A program made the position numbers and the translations under genes. 64,000 nt of DNA from Mobula hypostoma. Taxonomy: Eukaryota. Each line of letters begins with the position of its first letter. Positions within the stretch are counted from its first letter, which is position 1. Under the pieces are notes generated by a model. That model was not told the DNA's origin, did not search any database, and worked only from the letters and a program-made list of their open reading frames with translations. The stretch lies in assembly GCF_963921235.1 (NCBI RefSeq), contig NC_086118.1, positions 13,704,001-13,768,000 on the forward strand, read 5' to 3'. Shown here piece after piece: positions 24,833 to 36,880 of the stretch.

Positions 24833-24964
24833 TTTAAAGTTAAGAGTAAAGTTTTACAAGGTGTATAATTTTGATGTCTGTAAGTACAATGGTCTCCTCA
24901 GAAGAAGATTAGGGTTACTATTCCAATCCTCGTGAATACATTGTTCATTTAAATGTTCAAGGTC

Positions 24965-25240
24965 ATAGAGACATAGAAAAGTACAGCACAGAAACAGGCC
25001 CTTTGGCCCATCTAATCTGTGCCAAACCATTGAAACTGCCTACTTCCATTGATCTGCACTGAGACCATAGCCCTCCAAACCCCTACCATCCAGGTACCTA
25101 TCCAAACTTCTCTTAAACCTTGAAATCGTGATTGCATGCAGCACCTGAGCTGGTAACTCGTTCCACACGCTCACTCTCACGACCCTCTGAGTGAAGTTTC
25201 CCTTCATGTTCCTCTTAAACTTTTCACCTTTCACCCTCAA
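24965..25240 (-). mobile_element. CR1 3' end (second subfamily)
   Basis: CATAGAGACATAGA tail; FTQRVV..WNELP; homologous to 29830-30110. Confidence 0.85.
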
Positions 25241-25719
25241 CTCAACAATATAGCAAGTTATTTTTCACAATATTTGTATCAATTATTTTTGAAATTTGGG
25301 CATAGTTATCATCTCTTTTTCTTTTCCTTGACATTGTTCAGAATCCTGAATGAATCAGAATCAGGTTTAATATCACTGGCATACGTCATGAAATCTGTCA
25401 TTTTGTGCAGCAGTACATTTGCAATACATAATAATAATAAACAATATTATAATAAATATATATCAAAAATATTAAATAAGTGCAAAAAAGACAGCAAGAA
25501 AAAATAGTGAGATAGTGTTCATATGTTCATAATGTCCATTCAGAAATCTGATGGCAGAGGGGAAGAAGCTGTTCCTGAAATGTTGAGTGTGTGTCTTTAG
25601 TTTCCCATACCTCATCCTTCATGGTAGCAATAAGTAGCGGTCATGACCTGGGTGGTGGGGTTTCTTAATGATGGATGCTGCTTTTTGGAGGTATCGCTTT
25701 TTGAAAGTGTCCTCAAATA

Positions 25720-26765
25720 AAATTAGAATTAGAACTAGAATATTATTTCTTACATCCATCTCACAAAATGAGGGAGTAAACATCTTGATGTTGTGTTTCT
25801 GTCATAATATGCAAGTAATAAGGAAGAGAAATGTGGGCAGATATTGCCCAAACACTGATTGTATACATAATTGTCTTGTATACATGTGTGTACAGTCAGA
25901 TACGCAATCATATCAATGTGTATTGATCGATCTGGTGACCTGGTGAAAAAGCTGTCCTGGAGCCTATTGGTCCTGGCGTTAATGCTGCGGTATTGTTTGC
26001 CAGATGGAAGCAGCAGAAGCAATCTGTGGTTGAGGTGGCTGGAATTCCTGATGATCCCCTGGGCCTTTTTTTCACACCTGCTGCTATAAATGTCCTGAAT
26101 AGAGGACAGTTCACATCCAGAGATGTGCTGGGCTGTCCGCACCACTCTCTGCAGTGCCCTGCGATGGAGGGTAGTACATTTCCCGTACCAGGTGAAGACA
26201 CAGCCAGTCAGGATGCTCTCAATAGTGCCTCTGTAGAAACTCCTGAGGATTTAGGGACTTATGCCAAACTGCTTCGGCCGTCTGAGGTGAAAGGGGTGCT
26301 GTTGTGCTTTTTTCACCACGCAGCCAGTATTTACAGTCCAGGTGAGAATCTCAGTGATGTGTATACCGAAGAACATGAAACTACACACCCTCTCAGCTAC
26401 AGTCTCATTAATGTCAATAGGGGCTAGGCTGTCTCAGTTCCTCCTGTAATCCATGATCAACTCTTTGATTTTTCAACATTGAGAGAGAGATTGTTTTCTT
26501 GGCACCACTGTGTTAGGGCATTGACTTCTCCTCTGTAGGCTGTCTCATCATTGTTGGAAATAAAGCCTATCAATGTTGTGTCATCTGCAAATTTGTTGAG
26601 CAGATTGGAGCTGTGTGTGTCAACACAGTCGTGGGTGTATAGGGAATAGGACATTGCCCTGGGGCTCCTGTGTTGAGAGTAAGAGGGGCAGAGGTGAGGG
26701 TTCCCATCCTTACTATCTGCCAGCGATCCAACAGGGGAAGTCCAGGACCCAGCTGCACAAGACGG
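25720..26765 (-). mobile_element. Rex1/Babar LINE 3' portion nested in the previous element
   Basis: (ATTAGA)n tail; LNTGAP, YTHDC, KFADDTT, LLPSGKQYRSI. Confidence 0.85.
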
Positions 26766-27196
26766 GGCAGGCTTATGCATGTGATGGAGTTGGTTGAGTT
26801 TACAACTTTCTGCAGTTTTTTCTGATCCTGTGCAGTGGTTCCTCCATACCAGAGAGTGATGCAACCAGTTAGAATGCTCTCCATATTACATCTGTAGGAA
26901 TTTGTGGAAGTCTGGTGACAAACCGAACTCCTCAAGCTATAGCTGCTGTCGTGCCTTTTTTGTAATTACATAAATATCTTGGGCCCAGGATAGATCTTCA
27001 ATGATGTGAACACACCATTTAAACTGCTGATTCCTTGATGAGGACGAGTGTTCCCTCGACTTACCCTTCCTGAAATCTACAATCAGTTTCTTGATCTTAC
27101 TGACATTGAGCGCAAGGTTGTTGTTGTGATACCACTCAACCAGCTGATCTATCTTGCTCCTGTACACTTCCTCATCATCATCTGAAATTCTGCCAA

Positions 27197-28855
27197 GGGT
27201 GGCAGGGAAGAGAAGTGTGCGCAGTCACAATTACGACAGAGAAAGTACTCTGGAAGCTGAATAGTCTAAAGGTAGATAAATCTCCTGGACCAGATGGAAT
27301 GCACCCGTGTGTTCTGAAGGAAGTAGCTGTGGAGATTGCGGAGGCATTAGCGATGATCTTTCAAAAGTCGATAGATTCTGGCATGGTTCCGGAGGACTGG
27401 AAGATTGCAAATGTCACTCTGCTATTTAAGAAGGGGGCAAGGAAGCAAAAAGGAAATTATAGACCTGTTAGCTTGACAGCAGTGCTTGGGAAGTTGTTGG
27501 AGTCGATTGTCAAGGATGAGATTTACCTGGAGGCATATGACAAGATAGGCAGAACTCAGCATGGATTCCTTAAAGGAAAATCCTGCCTAGCAATCCTATT
27601 ACAATTTTTTGAGGAAATTACCAGTAGGCTAGACAAGGGAGATGCAGTGGATGTTGTATATTTGGATTTTCAGAAGGCCTTTGACAAGGTGCCACACATG
27701 AGGCTACTTAACAAGATAAGAGCCCATGGAATTACGGGAAAGTTACATACGTGGATAGAGCGTTGGCTGATTGGCAGGAAACAGAGAGTGGGAATAAAGG
27801 GATCCTATTCTGGTTGGCTGCCGGTGACCAGTGGTGATCCACAGGGGTCCGTGTTGGGGCCGCTTCTTTTTACATTGTACATCAACGATTTGGATTATGG
27901 AATAGATGGCTTTGTGGCTAAGTTTGCTGACAATACGAAGATAGGTGGAGGGACCGGTAGTGCTGAGGAAACGGAGAGTCTGCAGAGAGACTTGGATAGA
28001 TTGGAAGAATGGGCAGAGAAATGGCAAATGAAGTACAATGTTGGAAAGTGTATGGTTATGCACTTTGGCAGAAAAAAATAAACGGGCAGACTATTATTTA
28101 AATGGGGAAAGAATTCAAAGTTCTGAGATGCAACGGGACTTGGGGGTCCTTGTAGAGGATACCCTTAAAGTTAACCTCCAGGTTGAGTCAGTAGTGAAGA
28201 AGGCGAATGCAATGTTGGCATTCATTTCTAGAGGAATAGAGTATAGGAGTAGGGATGTGATGTTGAGGCTCTGTAAGGCGCTGGTGAGACCTCACTTGGA
28301 GTACTGTGGGCAGTTTTGGTCTCCTTATTTAAGAAAGGATGTGCTGACGTTGGAGAAGGTACAGAGAAGATTCACTAGAATGATTCTGGGAATGAGAGGG
28401 TTAACATATGAGGAACGTTTGTCCGCTCTTGGACTGTATTCCTTGGAGTTTAGAAGAATGAGGGGAGACCTCATAGAAACATTTCGAATGTTGAAAGGCA
28501 TGGACAGGGTGGATGTGGCAACGTTATTACCCATGATGGGGGAGTCTAGTACGAGAGGGCATGACTTAAGGATTGAAGGGCGCCCATTCAGAACAGAAAT
28601 GTGAAGAAATTTTTTTAGTCAGAGGGTGGTGAATCTATGGAATTTGTTGCCACGGGCAGCAGTAGAGGCCAAGTCATTGGGTGTATTTAAAGCAAAGATT
28701 GATAGGTATCTGAGTAGCCAGGGCATCAAAGGTTATGGTGAGAAGGCGGGGGAGTGGGACTAAATGGGAGAATGGTTCAGCCCATGATAAAATGGCGGAG
28801 CAGACTCGATGGGTCGAATGGCCGACTTCTGCTCCTTTGTCTTGTGGTCTTGTGG
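27197..28855 (+). mobile_element. Relatively young 5'-truncated CR1 (RT ORF 27215-28081 and 28038-28604)
   Basis: [36 protein letters not shown]; one frameshift in the A-run at ~28072-28078; (TCTTGTGG)n tail. Confidence 0.95.
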
Positions 28856-29371
28856 AATGGTTGTGTCAACAGCAAATTCACACTGTGGATGGTTTTCCAG
28901 TTGTGGTGTAAGGTGAGTAGAGCACTGGGTTAAGCACGTATCCAAGAGGTTCGCCAGTGTTCATTGTTAGTGAGGAGAAGATGTTATTTCCAGTCTGCAC
29001 TGACTTAGTCTTCCCATGAGGAAGTTAAGGATCCAGTTACAGAGGGATATACAAAAGATTTGGAGCCTGCTGATTAGAACTGAGGGGATGATTGCGTTGA
29101 ACACTGAGAAGTAATCAATAAATAGAAGCCTGACATAGGTGTTGCTATTCTCTAGATGATCCAAAGCCAAGTGAAGAAGAGCCAGTTAAATTGTATCCGC
29201 TGTAAATCGATTGTGGTGCAAGGCAAATTGCAGTGGGTTTAGGTCCTTTCTTAGGCAGGAGTTGATTCTGGTCATGACCAATCTCTCAAAGCACTCCATC
29301 ACACAGATGTGAATGCAAATGGGTGATAGCCATTGAGGTAGCTCAGCCTGCTCTTCTTGGTCACGGTACGC

Positions 29372-31780
29372 CTTCATGGTTTGCACACTAATGCCTTCAC
29401 CATTGTTTTGTGAGATTTTAACCAGGCCAGTCTGAAAGAAAATCACTAAGCAACACACTGGACCATTGCTACAGTACCATCAAGAACGCCTCCTGTGCTA
29501 TTCCACGTCCTCACTTCAGGAAGTCTGATCACCTGACTGTACCTCTACTCCCTCAGTATAGGCAGAGACTGAAGACTGCAGCACCAGTAGTGAGGACTAA
29601 GAAGGTATTGACAAGGGAAGCACAGGAGCACTTACAGGACTGCTTTGAATTGGTGGACTGGACTGTATTTAGGGATGAACCCAGGGCATGCCCTTTTCTC
29701 ACTGTTACCATCAGGCAGGAGGTACAGAAGCCTGAAGGCATACACCCAGCAATTCAGGAACAGCTTCTTCTCCTCTGCCTTCTGATTCCTAAATGGACAT
29801 TGAACTGTGAACACTGCCTCACCTTTTTAATAGAACCATGGAACAATAGAACACTACAGCGCAGAAAACAGGCCATTTGGCCCTTCTAGTCTGTGCCGAA
29901 ACTTTCTTCCTCTAGTCCCATTGACCTGCACCCAGTCCATAACCCTCCAGACCTCTCCCATCCATGTATCTATCCAATTTATACTTAAAACTTAAGAGCC
30001 CGCATTTACCATGTCAGACAGCAGCTCGTTCCACACTCCCACCACTCTCTGAGTGAAGAAGTTCCCCCTAATGTTCCCCCTAAATCTTTCCCCTTTCACC
30101 CTAAAACCATGTCCTTTCATATTTATCTCTCCTAATCTAAGTGGAAAGAGCCTATTCGCATATACTCTGTCTATACCCCTCATAATTTTGTAAACCTCTA
30201 TCAAATCTCCCCTCATTCTTCTATGCTCCAAGGAATAAACTCCTAACCTGTTCAATTTTTCCCTGTAACTCAACTCCTGAAGACGCGGCAACATCCTAGT
30301 AAATCATCTCTGCCCTCTTCCAATCTTACTGATAACAGTCGTATAGTTGGGTGACCAGAACTGCTCACGATACTCCAAATTTGGCCTCACCAATGTCTTA
30401 TACAACCTCACCATAACATCCCAACTCTGATACTCAGTACTTTGATTTATGAATGCCAGGATGCCAGAAGCCTTCTTTACAAACCTGTCTACCTGTGATG
30501 CCACTTTCAGGGAATTATGTATCTGAACTCCCAGACCCCTTTGTTCTTCCACACTCCTCAATGCCCTACCGTTTACTGTGTATATCCTACCTTGATTTGT
30601 CCTTCCAAAATGCAACATCTCACACTTGTCTGCATTAAATTCCATCTGTCATTTTCTGACCCATTTTTCCAGTTAGTCCAGATCCCTCTGCAAGCTTTGA
30701 AAGCCTTCCTCGCTGTCCCCAAGGCCTCAGATCTTAGTGTCATCAACAAACTAGTTGATCCAATTTACCACATCATCATCTAGATCATTGATATAGACGA
30801 CAAACAACAATGGTCCCAGCACAGATCCCTGAGGCACACCACTAGTCACAGGCCTCCAGTCTGAGAAACAATCATCCACTACCACTCTTTGTCTTTTCCC
30901 ACACAGTCAATTTAGAATCCAGTTTACAACCTAGCCATGGATACCTAGTGTCTGTACCTTCTGAACTAACCTCCCATGTGGGACCTTGTCAAAGGCCTCA
31001 CAAAAGTCTATGTAGACAACATCCACAGCCTTTCCTTCATCTACTTTATTGGTAACCTCCTCAAAAAACTCTATAAGATTCGTTAAACACGATCTAGTAC
31101 GCACAAAGCCTTGCTGACTTCCTTAATCAGCCCTTGGTTGTCCAAATGCTTGTATATCCGATCTCTCAGAACACCTTCCAATAATTTACCTACTATTGAT
31201 GTCAGGCTCACCGGCCTGTAATTACCTGGTTTACTTTTAGAGCCTTTTTAAACAACAGAACAACATGAGCTACCCTCCAATCCTCCGGCACCATACCCAT
31301 GGCTAAGGACATTTTAAATATTTCTGCCAGGGCCCCTGCAATTTCTACACTAGACTCTCTGAAGGTCCAAGGAAATATCATGTCAGAACCGAGGGATTTA
31401 TCTACCTTTATTCGCTGTAAGGCAGCAAACACCTCCTTCTCTTTAATCTCTATATGTTCCATGGCACTACTGCTTATTTCCCTTCCTTCCATATACACTA
31501 TGTCAGTTTCCTGAGTAAATACTGATGCAAAAAAAATTGTTTAAGATCTCCCCCATCTCATGAGGCTTTAAGATGTCCTCATCTCATGAAATAATATATA
31601 TTATTTCTGTTTTTGCATGATTTTTAATCTATTCAATATAGGTATACCGAATTTATTTATTTATTTATTTATTTTTCTTCTTCTTCTTCTTCTATATTAT
31701 GTATTGCATTGATCTGCTGCTGCTAGGTTAACAAATTCCACCACACATGCCGGTGATAATAAACCTGATTTTGATTCTGC
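29372..31780 (+). mobile_element. Internally deleted Rex1-type LINE (29372-29829, 31590-31780) split by a CR1
   Basis: YRQRLK...LQDCFELVDWTVF joined directly to the 3' LPSGRRYRS region; tail AATAAACCTGATTTTGATTCTG. Confidence 0.7.
29830..31589 (-). mobile_element. 5'-truncated CR1 LINE
   Basis: ORFs 31208-31498, 30304-30645, 29992-30294 (MEFNADKCE, RGNFFTQRVV); (TAGAAC)-type tail. Confidence 0.92.
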
Positions 31781-31884
31781 ATGATTGTTGCCGTTTTGAC
31801 CTCCTGCTGCAGGAATGAGAGTTTGAATAGTCTCGGAACACTCCTGCCATTCGGTTGGCACAGGTTTTCAGTGGAATAGACAAT

Positions 31885-32780
31885 ATTCAGGGATTATTGT
31901 TGAATCTGAATGAATATCCCACAGTTGTCATTGACTTCATCAAGATCTGCGTGGGTGAGTGTGTGCCTTTGAGAACATACCAGAGATATTCAAACCAAAA
32001 GCTATGGATGAACCAGGAAATTTGTGGTCTTCTGAGGGCTAGATCTGCACCATTCAAGACCAGTGATCCAGAACTACACAAAAAATCCAGGTACACCCTA
32101 TGGAAGGTTATTTTAAGAGCAAAAAAAAGAAATTCTGGTTGAAGTTAGAGAGGTAATCGGACTCATGTCATCTCTAGCAGGGTTTGCAGGCCAGTACACC
32201 CTACAAAGCCAAACCTAACATCATGATTGGCTGTGATGCTTCACCTCCAGAGGAGCTCAACAGCTTTTATGCACACTTTGAAAGAGAGAATAAAACTAAG
32301 CCCATGTGAATCCCTGCAGCGTCTTTTGATCCTGCGATCTCTGTCATGGAGGACAATGTCAGAACATCTTTCAAGAGGATGAAGCTTCACAAGGTCAGGT
32401 CCTGATGGTGTACCTGGTAAAGCAATGAAAGCCTGTGCTAACCAGTTGCAGGAGTACCATCAGAGAGAAGATACTAGAGCCTCAGGCCTCACACAACCAG
32501 GTTCAGGAACAGTTACTACCCCTCAACCATCAGGCTCTTGAACAAAATGGGAAAACTACACTCACTTGACTATCTATTGAGATGTTCCCACAACCAATGA
32601 TCTCACTTTAAGGACTCTTTATCTCATGATCTCATGTTCTCGTTATTTATTGCTATTTATTTATATTTGCATTTGTACAATTTGTTGTCATCTGCACTCT
32701 GGTTGATCTTTCATTGATCTTGTTATAGTTACTATTCCATAGAATTGCTGAGTATGCCCACAGGAAAATGAATCTCAGGC
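31885..32780 (+). mobile_element. Rex1-type LINE fragments (pre-RT region 31885-32455 and 3' end 32456-32780)
   Basis: NQKLWMNQEI, GPDGVPG; 3' end homologous to 46650-47070. Confidence 0.75.
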
Positions 32781-32861
32781 AGAGACTGAACTTCATTTTA
32801 GGCCCTACTGAGAATTCTCGAATCAGGAGACTGATGTGTGCCAGGATTGTCAGAGTTCCGT

Positions 32862-33125
32862 AGGCAGTAAAGCTGCTACGTCACAGATCCAGTAACTCCT
32901 GATTCACTTCTGACTGTGTGGAGTTTGCATGTTGTCCCTATGGCCATGTGGATTTCCTCCATGTGTTCCATTTTCCTCCCTTGTTTGGTAGTGTGGTTGG
33001 CTTGTTCTTGGTCTGCAGGTGAGTGTTAGAATATGAAGGAGTTAATGTAGAATGTAGAAAGAGAGTTTAGTGGTCAGTGTTGACTCAAGTGATTGAATGA
33101 TCTGTTTTTTAAGCTATATGACACT
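32862..33125 (+). mobile_element. V-SINE (HE1-like)
   Basis: TGTGTGGAGTTTGCATGTTGTCCCTATGGCCATGTGGATTTCCTCC. Confidence 0.65.
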
Positions 33126-33821
33126 ATCAGTCATTGATGTACTATTATTGATAACAACACGAATCAAAAATGGAGCTGATTACATGTTGCTAAAATTTGC
33201 CAATGTTTTGTGATTGTGGATGCAAGGCAACGACTTGATTATTTGCTTTTCAATTGATTCTATATTACAATCAATTGTTAGATTAATCATCACAGCTTGC
33301 ATTGTTTCTTTGTAATTATATGAGCTCTGTCAGCTCCAGGTGGTAACATAGCCACAATCGATAACATTTTCTCTACAATTAATCTTTATTTTTGGAGTTA
33401 ATGCAGCCAATGACACGATCCAAGCCAGGAAAGTGCCATGACAATGAAGAGTTAGGTATTTTAAGAGTTGTATTGCCATCTAGCTCAACCCGATGCCAAT
33501 ACAGCAACGTTAATCATCTTCTATTTCAGAGTCAAAGTATGTAGCCAAGACGTGAGATGGCCATATTGCTGCTTTGAAAGGAACTCAAAGGCATCCTCTA
33601 ACATGAGTTACCAAGAGCCAAAAAATGTGATAAGGACTACATTATCAATGGTAGAATATGCAACTGACAACAGCGTAACGTTATACCCAATTTCACCTGC
33701 ATCCTATTAAAGGAACGTTATGTTTCTGTTGTATAAATCGTTGATGAGGCCACAGTTAAAGTACTGTGTACTGTTTTAGTCACCCTATTATAGGAATGAT
33801 ATGGCTGAACTGGAAAGGTAT

Positions 33822-35635
33822 ATAGAAACATAGAAACATAGAAAATAGGTGCAGGAGTAGGCCATTCGGCCCTTCGAGCCTGCACCGCCATTTATTATGA
33901 TCATGGCTGATCATCCAACTCAGAACCCAGCCTTCCCTCCATACCCCCTGACCCCTGTAGCCACAAGGGCCATATCTAACTTCCTTTTAAACATAGCTAA
34001 TGAACTGGCCTCAACAGTTTGCTGTGGCAGAGAATTCCACAGATTCACCACTCTCTGTGTGAAGAAGTTTTTCCTAACCTCGGTCCTAAAAGGCTTCCCC
34101 TCTATCCTCAAACTGTGACCCCTCGTTCTAGACCTCCCCAACATCGGGAACAATCTTCCTGCATCTAGCCTGTCCAATCCCTTTAGGATCTTATACGTTT
34201 CAATCAGATCCCCCCTCAATCTTCTAAATTCCAACGAGTACAAGCCCAGTTCATCCAGTCTTTCTTCATATGAAAGACCTGCCATCCCAGGAATCAATCT
34301 GGTGAACCTTCTTTGTACTCCCTCTATGGCAAAGATGTCTTTCCTCAGATTAGGGGACCAAAACTGCACACAATACTCCAGGTGTGGTCTCACCAAGGCC
34401 TTGTACAACTGCAGTAGTACCTCCCTGCTCCTGTACTCGAATCCTCTCGCTATAAATGCCAGCATACCGTTCGCCTTTTTCACCGCCTGCTGTACCTGCA
34501 TGCCCACTTTCAATTACTGGTGTATAATGACACCCAGGTCTCGTTGCACCTCCCCTTTTCCTAATCGGCCACCATTCAGATAATAATCTGTTTTCCTATT
34601 TTTGCCACCAAAGTGGATAACTTCACATTTATCCACATTAAATTGCATCTGCCATGAGTTTGCCCACTCACCCAACCTATCCAAGTCACCCTGCATCCTC
34701 TTAGCATCCTCCTCACTGCTAACACTGCCACCCAGCTTCGTGTCATCCGCAAACTTGGAGATGCTGCATTTAATTCCCTCATCCAAGTCATTAATATATA
34801 TTGTAAACAACTGGGGTCCCAGCACTGAGCCTTGCGGTACCCCACTAGTCACCGCCTGCCATTCTGAAAAGGTCCCGTTTATTCCCACTCTTTGCTTCCT
34901 GTCTGCTAACCAATTCTCCACCCACACCAATACCTTACCCCCAATACCATGTGCTTTAAGTTTGCACACTAATCTCCTATGTGGGACCTTGTCAAAAGCC
35001 TTTTGAAAATCCAAATATACCACATCCACTGGTTCTCCCCTATCCACTCTACTAGTTACATCCTCAAAAAATTCTATGAGATTCGTCAGACATGATTTTC
35101 CTTTCACAAATCCATGCTGACTTTGTCCGATCATTTCACCGCTTTCCAAATGTGCTGTTATCACATCCTTGATAACTGACTCCAGCAGTTTCCCCACCAC
35201 CGACGTTAGGCTAACCGGCCTATAATTCCCCGGTTTCTCTCTCCCTCCTTTTTTAAAAAGTGGGGTTACATTAGCCACCCTCCAATCCTCAGGAACTAGT
35301 CCAGAATCTAACGAGTTTTGAAAAATTATCACTAATGCATCCACTATTTCTTGGGCCACTTCCTTAAGCACTCTGGGATGCAGACCATCTGGCCCTGGGG
35401 ATTTATCTGCCTTCAATCCCTTCAATTTACCTAACACCACTTCCCTACTAACATGTATTTCGCTCAGTTCCTCCATCTCACTGGACCCTCTGTCCCTTAC
35501 TATTTCTGGAAGATTATTTATGTCCTCCTTAGTGAAGACAGAACCAAAGTAATTATTCAATTGGTCTGCCATGTCCTTGCTCCCCATAATCAATTCACCT
35601 GTTTCTGTTTGCAGGGGACCTACATTTGTCTTTAT
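33822..35635 (-). mobile_element. Young 5'-truncated CR1 LINE
   Basis: Near-intact RT; (CATAGAAA)n tail on the plus strand; near-identical to 63658-64000. Confidence 0.97.
33920..35593 (-). pseudogene. CR1 ORF2 reverse transcriptase, C-terminal ~557 codons with one in-frame stop
   Basis: ORFs 34514-35593 and 33920-34513 are in the same frame, separated only by TAA at 34514-34516; [30 protein letters not shown]. Confidence 0.95.
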
Positions 35636-35780
35636 CAGAGGATGCTTCCAGGACTAGGGGGCCTTAGTTACAGGAAGAGGTCGGCCAAGCTAGATTTTTA
35701 TTACAGGGAATGTAAGAAAGTGAGGGGTGCTATTATAGAAATGTTTAAAATTATGAGGCGCATAGATAAGGTGGATGATA

Positions 35781-36880
35781 ACTGCTCTGCTGCGGGAGAA
35801 GCTGACAGCGATGCAGGTGGATGCTTTCCTGGTATCATGGATTCTTGATCCCTGACTGGCAGACCACAGTACGTGTGCTTGCAACACTGTGTGTCTGACA
35901 GAGTGATCAGCAGCACTGGGGCTCCACAGGGGACTGTCTTGTCTCCCTTTCTCTTCACCATTTATACCTCGGACTTCAACTACTGCACAGAGCCTTGTCA
36001 TCTTCAGAAGTTTTCGGATGACTCTGCCATAGTTGGATGCATCAGCAAGGGAGATGAGGCTGAGTACAGGGCTACGGTAGGAAACTTTGTCACATGGTGT
36101 GAGCAGAATTATCTGCAGCTTAATGTGAAAAAGACTAAGGAGCTGGTGGTAGACCTGAGGAGAGCTAAGGTACCGGTGACCCCTGTTTCCATCCAGAGGC
36201 TCAGTGTGGACATGGTGGAGGATTACAAATACCTGGGGATACGAATTGACAATAAACTGGACTGGTCAAAGAACACTGAGGCTGTCTACAAGAAGGGTCA
36301 GAGCCGTCTCTATTTCCTGAGGAGACTGAGGTCCTTTAACATCTGCCGGATGATGCTGAGGATGTTCTACGAGTCTGTGGTGGCCAGTGCAATCGTGTTT
36401 GCTGTTGTCTGCTGGAGCAGCAGGCTGAGGGTAGCAGACACCAACAGAATCAACAAACTCATTCGTAAGGCCAGTGATGTTGTGGGGATGGAACTGGACT
36501 CTCTGACGGTGGTGTCTGAAAAGAGAATGCTGTCCAAGTTGCATGCCATCTTGGACAATGTCTCCCATCCACTACATAATGTACTGGGTGGGCAGAGGAG
36601 TACATTCAGCCAGAGACTCATTCCACCGAGATGCAACACAGAGCGTCATAGGAAGTCATTCCTGCTTGTGGCCATCAAACTTTACAACTCCTCCCTTGGA
36701 GGGTCAGACACCCTGAGCCAATAGGCTGGTCCTGGACTTATTTCCTGGCATAATTTACATATTACTATTTAACTATTTATGGTTTTATTACTATTTAATT
36801 ATTTATGCTACAACTGTAATGAAAACCAATTTCCCCCTGGATCAATAAAGTATGACTATGACTATGACTATGACTATGAC
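35781..36880 (+). mobile_element. Young 5'-truncated Rex1/Babar LINE
   Basis: RT ORF to the natural stop, AATAAA at 36844, perfect (GACTAT)n tail. Confidence 0.93.
35873..36724 (+). CDS. Rex1/Babar reverse transcriptase C-terminal fragment (retroelement, 5'-truncated)
   Basis: 283-aa open frame STGAPQGTVLSPFLF, KFSDDSAIVG, YKYLG, RLYFLRRLRSF. Confidence 0.8.
   Translation: MCLQHCVSDRVISSTGAPQGTVLSPFLFTIYTSDFNYCTEPCHLQKFSDDSAIVGCISKGDEAEYRATVGNFVTWCEQNYLQLNVKKTKELVVDLRRAKVPVTPVSIQRLSVDMVEDYKYLGIRIDNKLDWSKNTEAVYKKGQSRLYFLRRLRSFNICRMMLRMFYESVVASAIVFAVVCWSSRLRVADTNRINKLIRKASDVVGMELDSLTVVSEKRMLSKLHAILDNVSHPLHNVLGGQRSTFSQRLIPPRCNTERHRKSFLLVAIKLYNSSLGGSDTLSQ

Larger units (their letters stand above)
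25350..31872 (-). mobile_element. Rex1/Babar LINE (pieces 25350-25715, 26780-27196, 28856-29370, 31780-31872) hosting nested insertions
   Basis: (GAATCA)n tail; ESILTGCIT.WYG, ITKKARQ, LIVDFRK, YVRLLFIDY, MECFERLV in colinear order across the insertions. Confidence 0.8.

Noticed and set aside
34302..35006. Plus-strand ORFs over the CR1 RT
   Set aside because: Antisense shadows that recur over several CR1 copies.
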